Assembly (NCBI GenBank): GCA_963766735.1
Contig: CAVYBU010000008.1
Span: 319,744-383,743, forward strand
Origin: an uncultured Chloroflexia bacterium
GTDB lineage: Bacteria > Chloroflexota > Limnocylindria > Limnocylindrales > CSP1-4
DNA length: 64,000 bases
Direction of reading: 5' to 3'
The notes under the pieces are model-generated. The model ran no database searches. It was given only the letters and a program-made list of their open reading frames with translations, and was not told where the DNA came from. Shown here one piece after another: positions 28,419 to 38,242 of the stretch (its first letter is position 1; the number at the start of each line of letters is the position of its first letter). The translations under genes were made by a program, and so were the position numbers.

Positions 28419-29231
28419 TTGAAGCGAGTGGCGAGGACCGGTGGACGAGCGCGGGTCCGCTTCGTCCGCCTCCTCATCGTCGCGCTGGCGGGCCTGCTGA
28501 TCGGGATCGGCCTGTTCTGGGTCGTCAGTGCCGCAATGCAGCCGCGGCGCACGACCCAGGTGTATGACCCGCCGGTCCTCGCTGGGCAGCAGCTCTGGGG
28601 GGCGTGTGCCGGTGGGTTCTACGCCCGCCACGGGGACACGATCGTGCTCACCTCCACCGGCCACTGCACCCGCGAGGGCACCGTGGCCTACGACCCGGAC
28701 GGCACAACCGTGCGCGGCGTCTTCGGCCCGGCCGCCCGGGATGACACGTGCCCATACCCCGGGCACAGCTGTGCGTCGTCCGACATCAACTACCTGGTGG
28801 TCGCGTCAGACCGCATCCCGTGGGGCCACCTCAACGTCGTGGACCTGGGCACGGCGGGCTACCGGGTCATCGAGCCCGGGACGCGACCGCTCGCCTGCTC
28901 CGACGTTGCGATCGGCGACCTGGTCGAGATCGACGGCCGCAACGTGTACCGGAGCGGGACGGTGGTCGAGAAGGGCGAGAACCTCCACCCGGAAGACGGC
29001 TCCTACTTCCCGTGCATGATCGCCGCGGACATCAAGGTCGGCGTCGGAGACTCCGGCGGCGCGGTCCTCGTGCGAGGCATCCCGGCGGGGGTCACGAGTC
29101 GCGCCTTCGGAGGCTGGCTCGGGTTCACGCCCCTGGCCGAGGGGCTGGAGCAGCTTGGGCTGGAGCTCTGCACCACGCCCGACTGCGGGCTCGAGCCGCC
29201 CGCGGCCGAGCCTGCGGGAGTGGACCAGTGA
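28419..29231 (+). CDS. Membrane-anchored or secreted S1 (chymotrypsin-like) serine protease
   Basis: N-terminal TM; C...TSTGHC (His), SDINY (Asp), GDSGG (Ser); several Cys. Confidence 0.8.
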   Translation: MKRVARTGGRARVRFVRLLIVALAGLLIGIGLFWVVSAAMQPRRTTQVYDPPVLAGQQLWGACAGGFYARHGDTIVLTSTGHCTREGTVAYDPDGTTVRGVFGPAARDDTCPYPGHSCASSDINYLVVASDRIPWGHLNVVDLGTAGYRVIEPGTRPLACSDVAIGDLVEIDGRNVYRSGTVVEKGENLHPEDGSYFPCMIAADIKVGVGDSGGAVLVRGIPAGVTSRAFGGWLGFTPLAEGLEQLGLELCTTPDCGLEPPAAEPAGVDQ

Positions 29232-29306
29232 CCACGTCGTCCGTCGGCCACGGCGCCCTCCGTGGGATGATCCCCGCACGTTCGTCCCCAGCGGCAGGAG
29301 GTCTGC

Positions 29307-29669
29307 ATGCCCAAGCACGACACCGTCGAGGCGTACCTGGCCGCGCTCCCGGCCGACCAGCGCACGGTCCTCGAGGCGCTTCGCGCGACGATCCGGGCCG
29401 CCGCACCCCAGGCGACCGAGCAGATCTCGTACGACATGCCCGCGTTCAAGGCCAACGGCCGGCTCCTCGTCTCCTACGCGGCGTTCACACGCCACTTCAG
29501 CCTGTTTCCCGCGAGTGGGGCAGTGCTGGATGCGCTCGGTGACGAGATCGCGCCGTATCACACGGGCAAGGGCACGATCCGGTTCACGGCCGACAGGCCG
29601 CTGCCCGAGGACCTCGTGAGCAGGATCGTCAGGGTTCGCCTGGAGGAGAACGCAGGGCCCCGTGGCTGA
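29307..29669 (+). CDS. DUF1801 (YdhG-like) protein
   Basis: VEAYLAALP, ISYDMPAFK, KGTIRF...PLP. Confidence 0.88.
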   Translation: MPKHDTVEAYLAALPADQRTVLEALRATIRAAAPQATEQISYDMPAFKANGRLLVSYAAFTRHFSLFPASGAVLDALGDEIAPYHTGKGTIRFTADRPLPEDLVSRIVRVRLEENAGPRG

Positions 29670-30207
29670 TCGGGTCCAGCTCAGGCGCATCGTCTCGGGG
29701 GAGCTCACGCCAGCCGAGCTCGCACAGATGCTGGACCTGTTCGCGGCGGCCTGGCCCGCGGCGGACTTCACGCCCGATGACGTCGACCACGCGATTGGCG
29801 GCGTGCACTGGGTGGCCGAGGCCGACGGGCGGATCATCGGGCACGCGTCGGTGGTTGAGCGCCTGCTCGAGGCTGACGGACAGCCGATCCGGACGGGCTA
29901 CGTCGAGGCGGTGGCGACGCTGCCGGCGTGGCAGGGGCGAGGGATCGCGACGCAGCTGATGGAGGCAGCCGGCGAGCACATCCGGGCCGAGTTCGAGCTG
30001 GGTGCCCTGAGCACAGCCGCCCACCGGTTGTATGAGGGGCTTGGCTGGGAGCGGTGGAATGGGCCGACGTTCGTACGCACGGCCGCTGGCTCGGCCCGCA
30101 CCGCGGATGAGGACGGCGGGATCATGATCCTCCGCACCTCACGGACGCCGACCCTTGCCCTGACCGAAGCGCTCAGCTGTGACTGGCGCGCGGGCGACGT
30201 CTGGTAG
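29662..30207 (+). CDS. AAC(2')-I-like aminoglycoside 2'-N-acetyltransferase (GNAT)
   Basis: DFTPDDVDHAIGGVH, GYVEAVAT, LGALS, RTADEDG, CDWRAGDVW C-terminus as in mycobacterial AAC(2')-I. Confidence 0.8.
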   Translation: MADRVQLRRIVSGELTPAELAQMLDLFAAAWPAADFTPDDVDHAIGGVHWVAEADGRIIGHASVVERLLEADGQPIRTGYVEAVATLPAWQGRGIATQLMEAAGEHIRAEFELGALSTAAHRLYEGLGWERWNGPTFVRTAAGSARTADEDGGIMILRTSRTPTLALTEALSCDWRAGDVW

Positions 30208-30220
30208 CGGTTCCCGACCC

Positions 30221-30787
30221 TCAGGCTCTCCTGATCACGTCGCCCACCCGCAGGGTGCCACCCGTCACGACGCGCACGTACATCCCGCGCATTCGCATCG
30301 CGCGCCCGGCCGGGGTGCTGATCCAGCGCAGCGCGTCAGCCCCGAACCGGGCGCTGAACTGGGCGCAGCCGGTATGCGGCAGCTCGCTCACCTCGAGCAC
30401 GACGCTCCCCACCGTCAGTCGGGATCCGGCGGGCAGGTTCTGCTCCGAGAGGTCGAGATCCAGGTAGAGCTGGTCACCGGCGAGGGGCCAGCGCGATCGA
30501 TCGGGCTCGATGGCTGCGAGGACGCGCGTGCTCATGAGGGTGATCTGGGCGGACGGGTCCGCGGACTTGTCCGGCATCGATCGGCTACCGCGCGTGAGCC
30601 AGGTGTCGCCGACCAGGCCGTTCGCCGCGTCCAGGACGGCGATCTCGAGGGTCTCCCGCTCGCCTGGGCCCGGCCGACCGACGATGAGCTCCAGCGGGGC
30701 GGCGTCCCGGGGCGAGGAGCGGACGTGCTCGAGATGGCGGTCCAGGTCGCGGGGCGGAGCCTGGGGGGGCGCGGGCGTCGGTTCCAT
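30221..30787 (-). CDS. MOSC domain protein
   Basis: GLVGD, LAGDQLYLDLDLS, PHTGCAQF, RGMYVRVVTGG. Confidence 0.88.
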   Translation of the reverse strand: MEPTPAPPQAPPRDLDRHLEHVRSSPRDAAPLELIVGRPGPGERETLEIAVLDAANGLVGDTWLTRGSRSMPDKSADPSAQITLMSTRVLAAIEPDRSRWPLAGDQLYLDLDLSEQNLPAGSRLTVGSVVLEVSELPHTGCAQFSARFGADALRWISTPAGRAMRMRGMYVRVVTGGTLRVGDVIRRA

Positions 30788-30853
30788 GGGGCAAGTGTCG
30801 CCGATCGCGGGGTGAGGCGTCCTGCGCGACCTTCGCCCTCGTTCGTCCCGACT

Positions 30854-31480
30854 ATGATCGACATCGTGAGCGATCCCACCCGGGTTCCCGTGGCCGTGCG
30901 GCCGGCGACGGTGGCGGACGTCCCCGCGCTGGCCGGCGTGCTGGCACGGGCGTTTGCGCGGGACCCCATGGTCACCTGGCCGATGGTCACGGACGATGAC
31001 CTGGTCCCGCGGATCCGTGCCATGTTCGAGGCGGTGGACACCGTGTTCGCCGTCGAGGGCTGGTTGTTCGAGGCGGGGGGCGGGCTTGGCGTGATGACGC
31101 TCCTCCCGCCCGACAGCGAGGCGCGCCAGGCGGAGCTGGAGGAGGCCGCCGCCGCGGCGATCGACGCTCTGGCGCCGGATGGCGGGGAGCGGTACGGGCG
31201 GATGTGGGGCTGGATCGCGGAGACGCTCCCGGTGGAACGGCACTGGCTGCTGGACCAGCTGGCGGTGGAGCCGGCAGCGCAGGGGCGGGGGATCGGTGAC
31301 GCGATGATCAGGTTCGCGATCGAGCGGGCCCGTGCCGACGGGCTGCCGCTCTACCTTGAGACGGGTGTCACCGGGAACGTGGCGCTGTACGAGAGGTACG
31401 GGTTCCGGGTGGTTCTCGAGGGGGACGCTCCCGGAGACGGACCGCACATCTGGTTCATGCGGCGTGACCCGGCGGTGTGA
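30854..31480 (+). CDS. GNAT N-acetyltransferase (puromycin acetyltransferase-like); start may be GTG 30866
   Basis: LARAFARDP, HWLLDQLAVEPAAQGRGIG, YLET...NVALYERYGF. Confidence 0.88.
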   Translation: MIDIVSDPTRVPVAVRPATVADVPALAGVLARAFARDPMVTWPMVTDDDLVPRIRAMFEAVDTVFAVEGWLFEAGGGLGVMTLLPPDSEARQAELEEAAAAAIDALAPDGGERYGRMWGWIAETLPVERHWLLDQLAVEPAAQGRGIGDAMIRFAIERARADGLPLYLETGVTGNVALYERYGFRVVLEGDAPGDGPHIWFMRRDPAV

Positions 31481-31586
31481 CCCGGCGGCCTGAACCCTGG
31501 CGGCGGTGTGACCCGGCGGCCTGAACCCTGGCGGCGGTCTGACCCGGCGGCCTGAACCCTGGCGGCGGTCTGACCCCTGGCGGCGG
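31478..31586 (+). repeat. Intergenic tandem repeat, 31-bp unit x3 plus a partial copy
   Basis: TGACCCGGCGGCCTGAACCCTGGCGGCGGT(G/C) at 31478, 31509 and 31540; partial copy at 31571. Confidence 0.9.
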
Positions 31587-31620
31587 CCGGGCCCCGCCGG
31601 GCGCCCGCTAGACTGCCACG

Positions 31621-32454
31621 ATGGACGATGCCCTCCGCGCCAACCGCGAGCTGTGGGACGCCTGGACCGGGATCCACACTGCCTCGGAGTTCTACGACGC
31701 TCAAGGCTTCCGTGACGGCCGCGACCCGATCCGCATCCGCGAGTACGAGCGGGCGGAGGTCGGCCCGGTTGCCGGCAAGTCCCTGCTCCACCTGCAGTGC
31801 CACTTCGGCCTGGACACCCTCTCGTGGGCCCGACTCGGGGCCAACGTCACAGGCGCGGACTTCAGCGAGAAGGCGATCGAGGCGGCCCGCGCGCTCGCCC
31901 AGGACGTGGGCCTGCCGGCCTCCTTCGTGGTGTCGAACCTGTACGACCTGCCCGACGCCCTCGCGGGAGAGTTCGACATCGTCTACACCTCCCGCGGCGT
32001 CCTCGGCTGGCTCCCGGACATCGTCGGCTGGGCCCGCGTGGCGGCGCACTTCGTCAAGCCCGGTGGGATCCTCTACGTCACCGAGATCCACCCCGTCGCC
32101 CAGGCGTTCGAGAACGAGGGCGTGGCGCCCGGCGAGCTGCGCCTGACCTACCCCTACTGGTCGCACGAGGAGCCATTGACCTTCGACGTCAAGGGCTCCT
32201 ATGCAGACCCCGCTGCGCCCACGGACCCTGGCCTCGTGGAGCACGGATGGGACCACTCGCTGGGCGAGATCGTGACCGCGCTGATCGATGCCGGTCTGCG
32301 GATCGAGTTCCTGCACGAGTTCGACCACTGCGAATGGGCCCTGGACTTCCTCGTCGAGGGCGAGGACGGCCGGTGGCGCCTGCCGGCCGGTGTGAAGGGT
32401 CAGCTGCCGCTCTTCTTCTCGCTCCGCGCCACCAGGCCGACCAAGGTCGGCTGA
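31621..32454 (+). CDS. Class I SAM-dependent methyltransferase
   Basis: LLHLQCHFGLDTLSWAR, GADFS, FDIVYTSRGVLGWLPD. Confidence 0.9.
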   Translation: MDDALRANRELWDAWTGIHTASEFYDAQGFRDGRDPIRIREYERAEVGPVAGKSLLHLQCHFGLDTLSWARLGANVTGADFSEKAIEAARALAQDVGLPASFVVSNLYDLPDALAGEFDIVYTSRGVLGWLPDIVGWARVAAHFVKPGGILYVTEIHPVAQAFENEGVAPGELRLTYPYWSHEEPLTFDVKGSYADPAAPTDPGLVEHGWDHSLGEIVTALIDAGLRIEFLHEFDHCEWALDFLVEGEDGRWRLPAGVKGQLPLFFSLRATRPTKVG

Positions 32455-32559
32455 ACGATGCGCCGGCGTCAGGCTGGCTCGCGTCGCGCAAGACAAGGGG
32501 GGCCAGAGGACCGCGGCCTGTCGCCGCCCTCGTTGTCCCGGACCGGGCATCATGGGTCC

Positions 32560-34017
32560 GTGCCCGCGCCCTCGATCCCACCCACCCTCCCCGAAGCGCG
32601 GACCGCCGAGCTGTTCGCGCCGGGCCTGCGCGGGCTGACGCTCGGTCTCATCCTCACGATCACGCTGGCGGCGCTCGAGTCGCTCGCCATCGGCACGGTC
32701 ATGGCCGTGGTCGCAGAGGACCTCGGCAACATCGAGCTCTACGGCTGGGTCTACTCGGCGTTCTTCCTCGGCAGCCTGCTGGGGATCGTGGTCACGGGTG
32801 GCGCCCTGGACCGGATGCCGCTCTGGCGGCCGTTCGCGGTCGGCCTCGGGCTGTTCGCGCTGGGGCTGACGATCGGCGGCCTCGCCCCAACCATGCTGAT
32901 CCTGGTCGCTGCCCGGTTCATCCAGGGCCTGGGCGCGGGCTCCGTGGGACCCACGGCCTACACCGCCATCGGACGATGCATGCCGGAGCGCCTCCAGCCG
33001 CGGATGTTCGCCATGCTCTCGACGGCCTGGGTGGTGCCGGGGATCATCGGACCGTCGCTCGCCGCGGTCGTCGGCGAGGCGTTCGGCTGGCGCTGGGTGT
33101 TCCTGGGCCTGCTGCCGTTCCTGGCGCTGGCCGGGGGCCTGGCGCTCTCGGCCCTGCGCAATGTGCCGGCGGCCATTCCGGCCACCGGCGACGAGGCGGC
33201 CTCCGCGAGGGTGCGCCGGCTGCCCAACGCCCTGCTGGCGGCCGCGGGTGCCGGCCTGCTGGTGGCCTCCCTCACCGCACAGCACCTGGGGCTGGTGCTG
33301 GCTGGTTCTGCCCTGGGCGTGGCCCTGCTGGTGCCTGCGTTCCGGCGCCTGACACCCCCCGGGACGCTGCGGCTGACCGTCGGCGTCCCGGCGGCGATCC
33401 TCCTGCGTGGCGTGATGACCTTCGCGTTCTTCGCGGGGGACGCGTACATCCCGCTGCTGATCCAGACCTGGAGGGGTTCCTCCCTCGTGCTCATCGGCGT
33501 GGTGTTCACCGTCACGACGATCGCCTGGACCGCTGGCACCTGGCTTCAGGCACGGTGGATCGAGGCTTGGGGGCCGCGGCGATTCGTGACGCTCGGCTTC
33601 GTCCTGATTGCCGTGGGCTCCGCGCTGACGCTGCTGGCCGTGCTGCCGGGCGTGCCGCCGGAGATCACGATCCTCACCTGGACCCTGCCCGGCATCGGCA
33701 TGGGGTTCATGTACTCCGCCGTCACGCTCGTGGTGCTCCGTGGCGTGGCCAAGTCCGAGCAGGGATCCGCGACATCCGCGCTGCAGCTCTCCGACATCCT
33801 GGGCATCGCCCTCGGGACGGGCGTGGCAGGGGCGATCATCGCCTTCGGGGAGAGAGCCGGCGGCGACGGGCTGGGTGTCGCGCTCGCCGGCGTCTTCGCG
33901 CTGGCTCTGGTGGTGGCGGTCGGCGGCGCGCTCGCATCGGGGCGAATCGGGGCCGTGCGAGCCTCGCGGAGCACTCTCATTGTCCCGCGGAACCTCCCGA
34001 CGGCTGCGGTAGACTAG
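32560..34017 (+). CDS. MFS transporter (start uncertain, 32458-32560)
   Basis: About 14 TM; ARFIQGLGAG, WRWVFLG. Confidence 0.88.
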   Translation: MPAPSIPPTLPEARTAELFAPGLRGLTLGLILTITLAALESLAIGTVMAVVAEDLGNIELYGWVYSAFFLGSLLGIVVTGGALDRMPLWRPFAVGLGLFALGLTIGGLAPTMLILVAARFIQGLGAGSVGPTAYTAIGRCMPERLQPRMFAMLSTAWVVPGIIGPSLAAVVGEAFGWRWVFLGLLPFLALAGGLALSALRNVPAAIPATGDEAASARVRRLPNALLAAAGAGLLVASLTAQHLGLVLAGSALGVALLVPAFRRLTPPGTLRLTVGVPAAILLRGVMTFAFFAGDAYIPLLIQTWRGSSLVLIGVVFTVTTIAWTAGTWLQARWIEAWGPRRFVTLGFVLIAVGSALTLLAVLPGVPPEITILTWTLPGIGMGFMYSAVTLVVLRGVAKSEQGSATSALQLSDILGIALGTGVAGAIIAFGERAGGDGLGVALAGVFALALVVAVGGALASGRIGAVRASRSTLIVPRNLPTAAVD

Positions 34018-34102
34018 CGGCCCGGCCCGGCTGCACGCCCACGCCGCGACTCGCCCGCCAGCGCCGCAACCGTTGCGCCACCTCCGGAGGTTTCCGAAGC
34101 CC

Positions 34103-34624
34103 ATGTCCGCCGAGACGCTTCGCGCGAAGGTCCGCGAGATCCCCGACTTTCCGAAGCCCGGCATCCTGTTCTACGACATCACGACGGTCCTCAAGGACCC
34201 CGCGTCCTACAAGGATGCGATCGATTTGATGCTCGAGCCGTACAGGGACGAGCAGATCGACATCGTGGTGGGCATGGAATCGCGCGGCTTCATCTTCTCG
34301 GCGCCGATGGCGTACCAGCTGGGCACGGGCCTGGTCCCGGTCCGCAAGCTGGGCAAGCTGCCGGCCGAGACGCTGACCGTGGAGTACGCGCTGGAGTACG
34401 GGTCCAACACGCTCGAGATCCACCGGGATGCCATCCAGCCCGGTCAGCGGGTGCTGATCGTGGACGACCTCCTGGCGACCGGCGGCACCGTGCGCGGCAC
34501 GATCGAGCTGGTCGAGCGCCTCCAGGGTGTCGTCGTGGGCCTGGCCTTCCTCGTCGAGCTCGACTTCCTCAAGGGTCGAGAGCGCCTCGAGGACCGCAAG
34601 GTCACCAGCGTCATCCAGTATTGA
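34103..34624 (+). CDS. apt: Adenine phosphoribosyltransferase
   Basis: PDFPKPGILFYDIT, ESRGF, YALEYG, VDDLLATGGT. Confidence 0.96.
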   Translation: MSAETLRAKVREIPDFPKPGILFYDITTVLKDPASYKDAIDLMLEPYRDEQIDIVVGMESRGFIFSAPMAYQLGTGLVPVRKLGKLPAETLTVEYALEYGSNTLEIHRDAIQPGQRVLIVDDLLATGGTVRGTIELVERLQGVVVGLAFLVELDFLKGRERLEDRKVTSVIQY

Positions 34625-34686
34625 CGGCCGCGGCTCCGCGCCATGCGGCCTGAGCGGTCCCGTCCCGTGACCGACCAGCCGGCGCC

Positions 34687-36027
34687 ATGACCGACGGTCC
34701 CGAGCAGCCACCCGATCTCGCCCGGCGCCGGTTCTTCCGGCAGTTTGCGGGCGACGTCGTCACGTCCGTCGGATCGGTGCTGGGCGCGGCCCAGCTGCTC
34801 CAGCAGGAGTCCGCGGAGGCCGCGCGCGACATCCTGGGCACCACCGAGGCAACGGGAGGAGCGCCCGGCTCCACCGTGCGGGAGGAGGACGCCACGGGTG
34901 CCGGCTTCCGCGCCCCGTTCCGCTGGGACGGCGACGTCTGTCGCGTGGTGGACCAGCGCCGGCTCCCGGACGTGCTCACGGACCTGGAGGTGCGTGGGGC
35001 GGCAGATGCGGTCACCGCCATCAACGACGGGGCGCTGATCGGTTCCGCGGTCCAGGCGCAGGTCGCAGCCGTGACGGTGGCCCTGGTCGCCGGGCGCGCG
35101 ACGAAATCCCGCCCGTTCGCCCGCCGGGCCACGATCCGCGGCGCTGCCAACGCTTTGCGGATCACGCGGCCGGGGTCCGCGGCCCTCGCCGCGGCCGTGG
35201 ACCGGCAGCTGGCGCTCGTGGAGCAGCTGGGGGTGGAGGCCGACGGCGTGGCAGTGGCCGCGGCCATCCGAACCGAGGCGGAGGCGATCCTGGCCGAGGC
35301 CCAGGCGGAGCACGGGGCCTTGGTCGAGCATGGTGTCTCGGCCCTTCCCGGTGCACCGGATGAGGCGATCCACCTGCTCACGATCGGCAGCAGCGGGGCG
35401 ATGGCAGGTGGGCAGTTCGGGACCGCGCTGTCCGTCATCATGACGCTCCATCACGCCGGTCGGCCCGTGCACGCGCTGGTCGCGGAGACGCGCCCGCTGT
35501 TCGAAGGTTCCCGGGTGGCCGCGTGGGAGCTGCGCCAGGCGGGTGTCCCGTATGCCGTGGTGACGGACGCCGCAGGCCCCGGCTGTATCGCCGCGGGTGA
35601 GGTGGGCGCGGTGCTCGTGGCGGCGGACCGCGTGGCTGCCAACGGCGACGTCATCGCGATCTCCGGCTCGTATCCTCTTGCGCTGGCAGCCTCCGCAGCC
35701 GGCATACCGTTCCTGGTCTGCGCGCCGCTGACGGCACTGGACCTGGCGACCGAGGACGGCGCGGCAGCCACGATCGAGGAGGGCCGGCCCAGTCCGGTGT
35801 TGTGGGCCGCCGGGACGAGGATCGCTCCTGCCGGCAGCCAGATCCGGAACCCCCTCCAGGACCTCACGCCCGCGGCGCTGGTCACCGCGATCGTCACCGG
35901 TGAGGGCGTGCTGCGGGCGCCGTACGCGCCCGCGATCGCGGCGGCGGTTGCGGCGGCCGACGCGCGCCGGACATCGGCGGGCTTCCTGGCGCTGGTCGCG
36001 CAACGAGCCGCCGAGGCGGTCACCTGA
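34687..36027 (+). CDS. MtnA/eIF2B-family protein with a degenerate active site and an N-terminal extension
   Basis: VDQRRLP, GTALSVI, ETRPLFEGSRVAAWEL and ADRVAANGD retained; VRGAPAI, HCN and NKIG motifs not conserved. Confidence 0.8.
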   Translation: MTDGPEQPPDLARRRFFRQFAGDVVTSVGSVLGAAQLLQQESAEAARDILGTTEATGGAPGSTVREEDATGAGFRAPFRWDGDVCRVVDQRRLPDVLTDLEVRGAADAVTAINDGALIGSAVQAQVAAVTVALVAGRATKSRPFARRATIRGAANALRITRPGSAALAAAVDRQLALVEQLGVEADGVAVAAAIRTEAEAILAEAQAEHGALVEHGVSALPGAPDEAIHLLTIGSSGAMAGGQFGTALSVIMTLHHAGRPVHALVAETRPLFEGSRVAAWELRQAGVPYAVVTDAAGPGCIAAGEVGAVLVAADRVAANGDVIAISGSYPLALAASAAGIPFLVCAPLTALDLATEDGAAATIEEGRPSPVLWAAGTRIAPAGSQIRNPLQDLTPAALVTAIVTGEGVLRAPYAPAIAAAVAAADARRTSAGFLALVAQRAAEAVT

Positions 36028-36962
36028 TGGCCACGGCCGCCGTCGGCCGACGGAGCGGCATCATTGCCCGGACGACCCGGGATCGAGAAGTCCTGCGTGC
36101 ATTCCTGGAGCGGGATCGGCTGTTCTCGGCCTACGCCCTGTGCGACCTGGAGGAGCGGGAGTTCGGGCGGACCCGGTGGGGGATCGCCGCGGAGGACGAC
36201 GAGATCGTGGCGCTGGGCATGGAGTACAGCGGGCCCACGCCCCAGCCCCTGTTCCTCATGGGCCGCAGCGACGGCATCGCCGCCCTGCTCAAGGACGTCG
36301 TCCGGCCACGCGTGGCCTACGTCTCGGCCAACGAGGAGCTCCTTCCCGCGGTGACCCGTCACTACCGGGTGGACCCCGGTCCGCCAATGGTCCGGATGTG
36401 GGTCGACCGCGCCAGCTTCCAGCCGTTCCCGGCCACCGTGGAGCGACTCCTGCCGGTGGAGATCAACGACCTCAATCGCCTGTACCAGTTGGGCTTTGCC
36501 GCCTGGCTTCCGTCCACGGCCGTCGCCGAGGGTGTCTATTTCGGCATCCGGGTGAACGGGAAGCTGGTCTCCGCCGCCGGAACGCACGTCATCTCGCGGG
36601 ACGCTCGCCTCGCGGTCGTCGGCAATGTCCTGACCCACACCGAGCACCGCGGCCGCGGCTATGCCAAGGCCGTGACCTCCGCGGTGACCGGGGAGCTGCT
36701 GCGATCGTGCGACCAGGTCGCGCTCAACGTGCGGTCGGACAATCCACCCGCGATGGCTGTCTACCGGAGCCTCGGGTACGTTGAGCACTGCCGGTACGAG
36801 GAGAGGCTCATTCGCCGGAACAGCTCGACGCTGGCCGACCTCACCGCCCCGATCCGCCGCTTCTTCGCGCCGCGCCGGTCCGGCAATCCCTCTCCGGCGA
36901 CCCTCGTCACCCACGCTCACCCCATCGATCCGCCGGCGGCCGGCCCAACCGAGGAACCCTGA
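36027..36962 (+). CDS. GNAT N-acetyltransferase (FR47-like C-terminal domain)
   Basis: [34 protein letters not shown]; TGATG overlaps at both ends. Confidence 0.88.
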   Translation: MATAAVGRRSGIIARTTRDREVLRAFLERDRLFSAYALCDLEEREFGRTRWGIAAEDDEIVALGMEYSGPTPQPLFLMGRSDGIAALLKDVVRPRVAYVSANEELLPAVTRHYRVDPGPPMVRMWVDRASFQPFPATVERLLPVEINDLNRLYQLGFAAWLPSTAVAEGVYFGIRVNGKLVSAAGTHVISRDARLAVVGNVLTHTEHRGRGYAKAVTSAVTGELLRSCDQVALNVRSDNPPAMAVYRSLGYVEHCRYEERLIRRNSSTLADLTAPIRRFFAPRRSGNPSPATLVTHAHPIDPPAAGPTEEP

Positions 36963-38239
36963 TGACAGACCCCACGCCCACCGTCCCCTTCGACGTGACG
37001 GACCTCTCGCTCGCGGACGAGGGCGTCCGCCGCATCGAATGGGCCGAGCGGGAGATGCCCGTCCTGCGCCTCATCCGCGAGCGTTTCGAGCAGGAGAAGC
37101 CGCTGGCCGGTCTGAGGATCGGGGCGTGCCTCCACGTCACCACCGAGACGGCGAACCTGATGCGCACGCTCAAGGCAGGCGGCGCCGAGGTCCACCTCGC
37201 GGCCTCGAACCCGCTGTCCACGCAGGACGTGACCGCGGCGGCACTGGTCGCCGAGTATGGGATCGCCACCTACGCGCGCCGGGGCGAGGACAACGACCTC
37301 TACTACGCCCACCTCCGGACGGTCGCGGACACGCACCCCCAGATCACGATGGACGACGGCTGCGACCTCGTCTCGCTGCTCCACAAGGAGCGCCGCGACC
37401 AGCTGGCCGAGGTCCTCGCCGGCACCGAGGAGACCACCACCGGGGTCATCCGGCTTCGTGCCATGGCCGCGGACGGCGCGCTCTCCTTCCCGGTCGTGGC
37501 GGTGAACGAGGCCCTGACCAAGCACCTGTTCGACAACCGCTACGGCACGGGCCAGTCCACGATCGACGGGATCCTTCGGGCCACCAACATCCTGATCGCG
37601 GGCCGGAACGTGGTCGTGGCCGGGTACGGCTGGGTGGGGCGCGGGATCGCGTCCCGCATGTCCGGGCACGGGGCCCACGTGGCAGTGGTCGAGATCGATC
37701 CGGTCCGCGCCCTCGAAGCGCTCATGGACGGCTACCAGGTGATGACCGTCGGGCAGGCGGCGCCGTGGGGCGACCTGTTCGTGACGGCCACCGGCAACGT
37801 CAACGTCTTCCGTCGCGAGCACTTCTCCTCGATGAAGGATGGCGCGATCATGGCCAACTCCGGGCACTTCGACGCGGAGCTGGACCTCGCGGCCCTGCGC
37901 GAGATGGCCGAGGGCCACATCCGCGAGGTCCGCCAGAACGTCCAGGAGTTCGACATCGGCGGGAAGCGGCTCAACCTGATTGCCGAGGGTCGGCTGGTGA
38001 ACCTGGGCGCGGCCGAGGGGCACCCGGCGGCGGTGATGGACATGAGCTTCGCGAACCAGGCGCTGGCGGCGGAGTACGTTGCCAGGCACCACGGGGAGCT
38101 CGAGGCGAAGGTGTACGTCGTGCCGGAGGCGATCGACGCCGAGGTGGCGCGCCTGAAGCTGGCGGCCATGGGGATCACGCTGGACGCGATGACGGCCGAC
38201 CAGCTGGAGTACGTGTCCAGCTGGCAGCACGGGACCTGA
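36962..38239 (+). CDS. ahcY: Adenosylhomocysteinase
   Basis: [47 protein letters not shown]. Confidence 0.97.
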   Translation: MTDPTPTVPFDVTDLSLADEGVRRIEWAEREMPVLRLIRERFEQEKPLAGLRIGACLHVTTETANLMRTLKAGGAEVHLAASNPLSTQDVTAAALVAEYGIATYARRGEDNDLYYAHLRTVADTHPQITMDDGCDLVSLLHKERRDQLAEVLAGTEETTTGVIRLRAMAADGALSFPVVAVNEALTKHLFDNRYGTGQSTIDGILRATNILIAGRNVVVAGYGWVGRGIASRMSGHGAHVAVVEIDPVRALEALMDGYQVMTVGQAAPWGDLFVTATGNVNVFRREHFSSMKDGAIMANSGHFDAELDLAALREMAEGHIREVRQNVQEFDIGGKRLNLIAEGRLVNLGAAEGHPAAVMDMSFANQALAAEYVARHHGELEAKVYVVPEAIDAEVARLKLAAMGITLDAMTADQLEYVSSWQHGT

Positions 38240-38242
38240 CCC

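Noticed and set aside
31478-31586. Possible CRISPR array
   Set aside because: Units are head-to-tail with no unique spacers, and no cas genes are present; it is a tandem repeat
23039-32454. Integron-like cassette array of small genes
   Set aside because: No integrase, no recognisable attC (RYYYAAC...GTTRRRY) sites, and mixed gene orientation
34687-34800. Tat export signal on the MtnA-like protein (RRRFF)
   Set aside because: The following segment is short, contains Asp and is weakly hydrophobic, and the family is cytoplasmic; export is not supported
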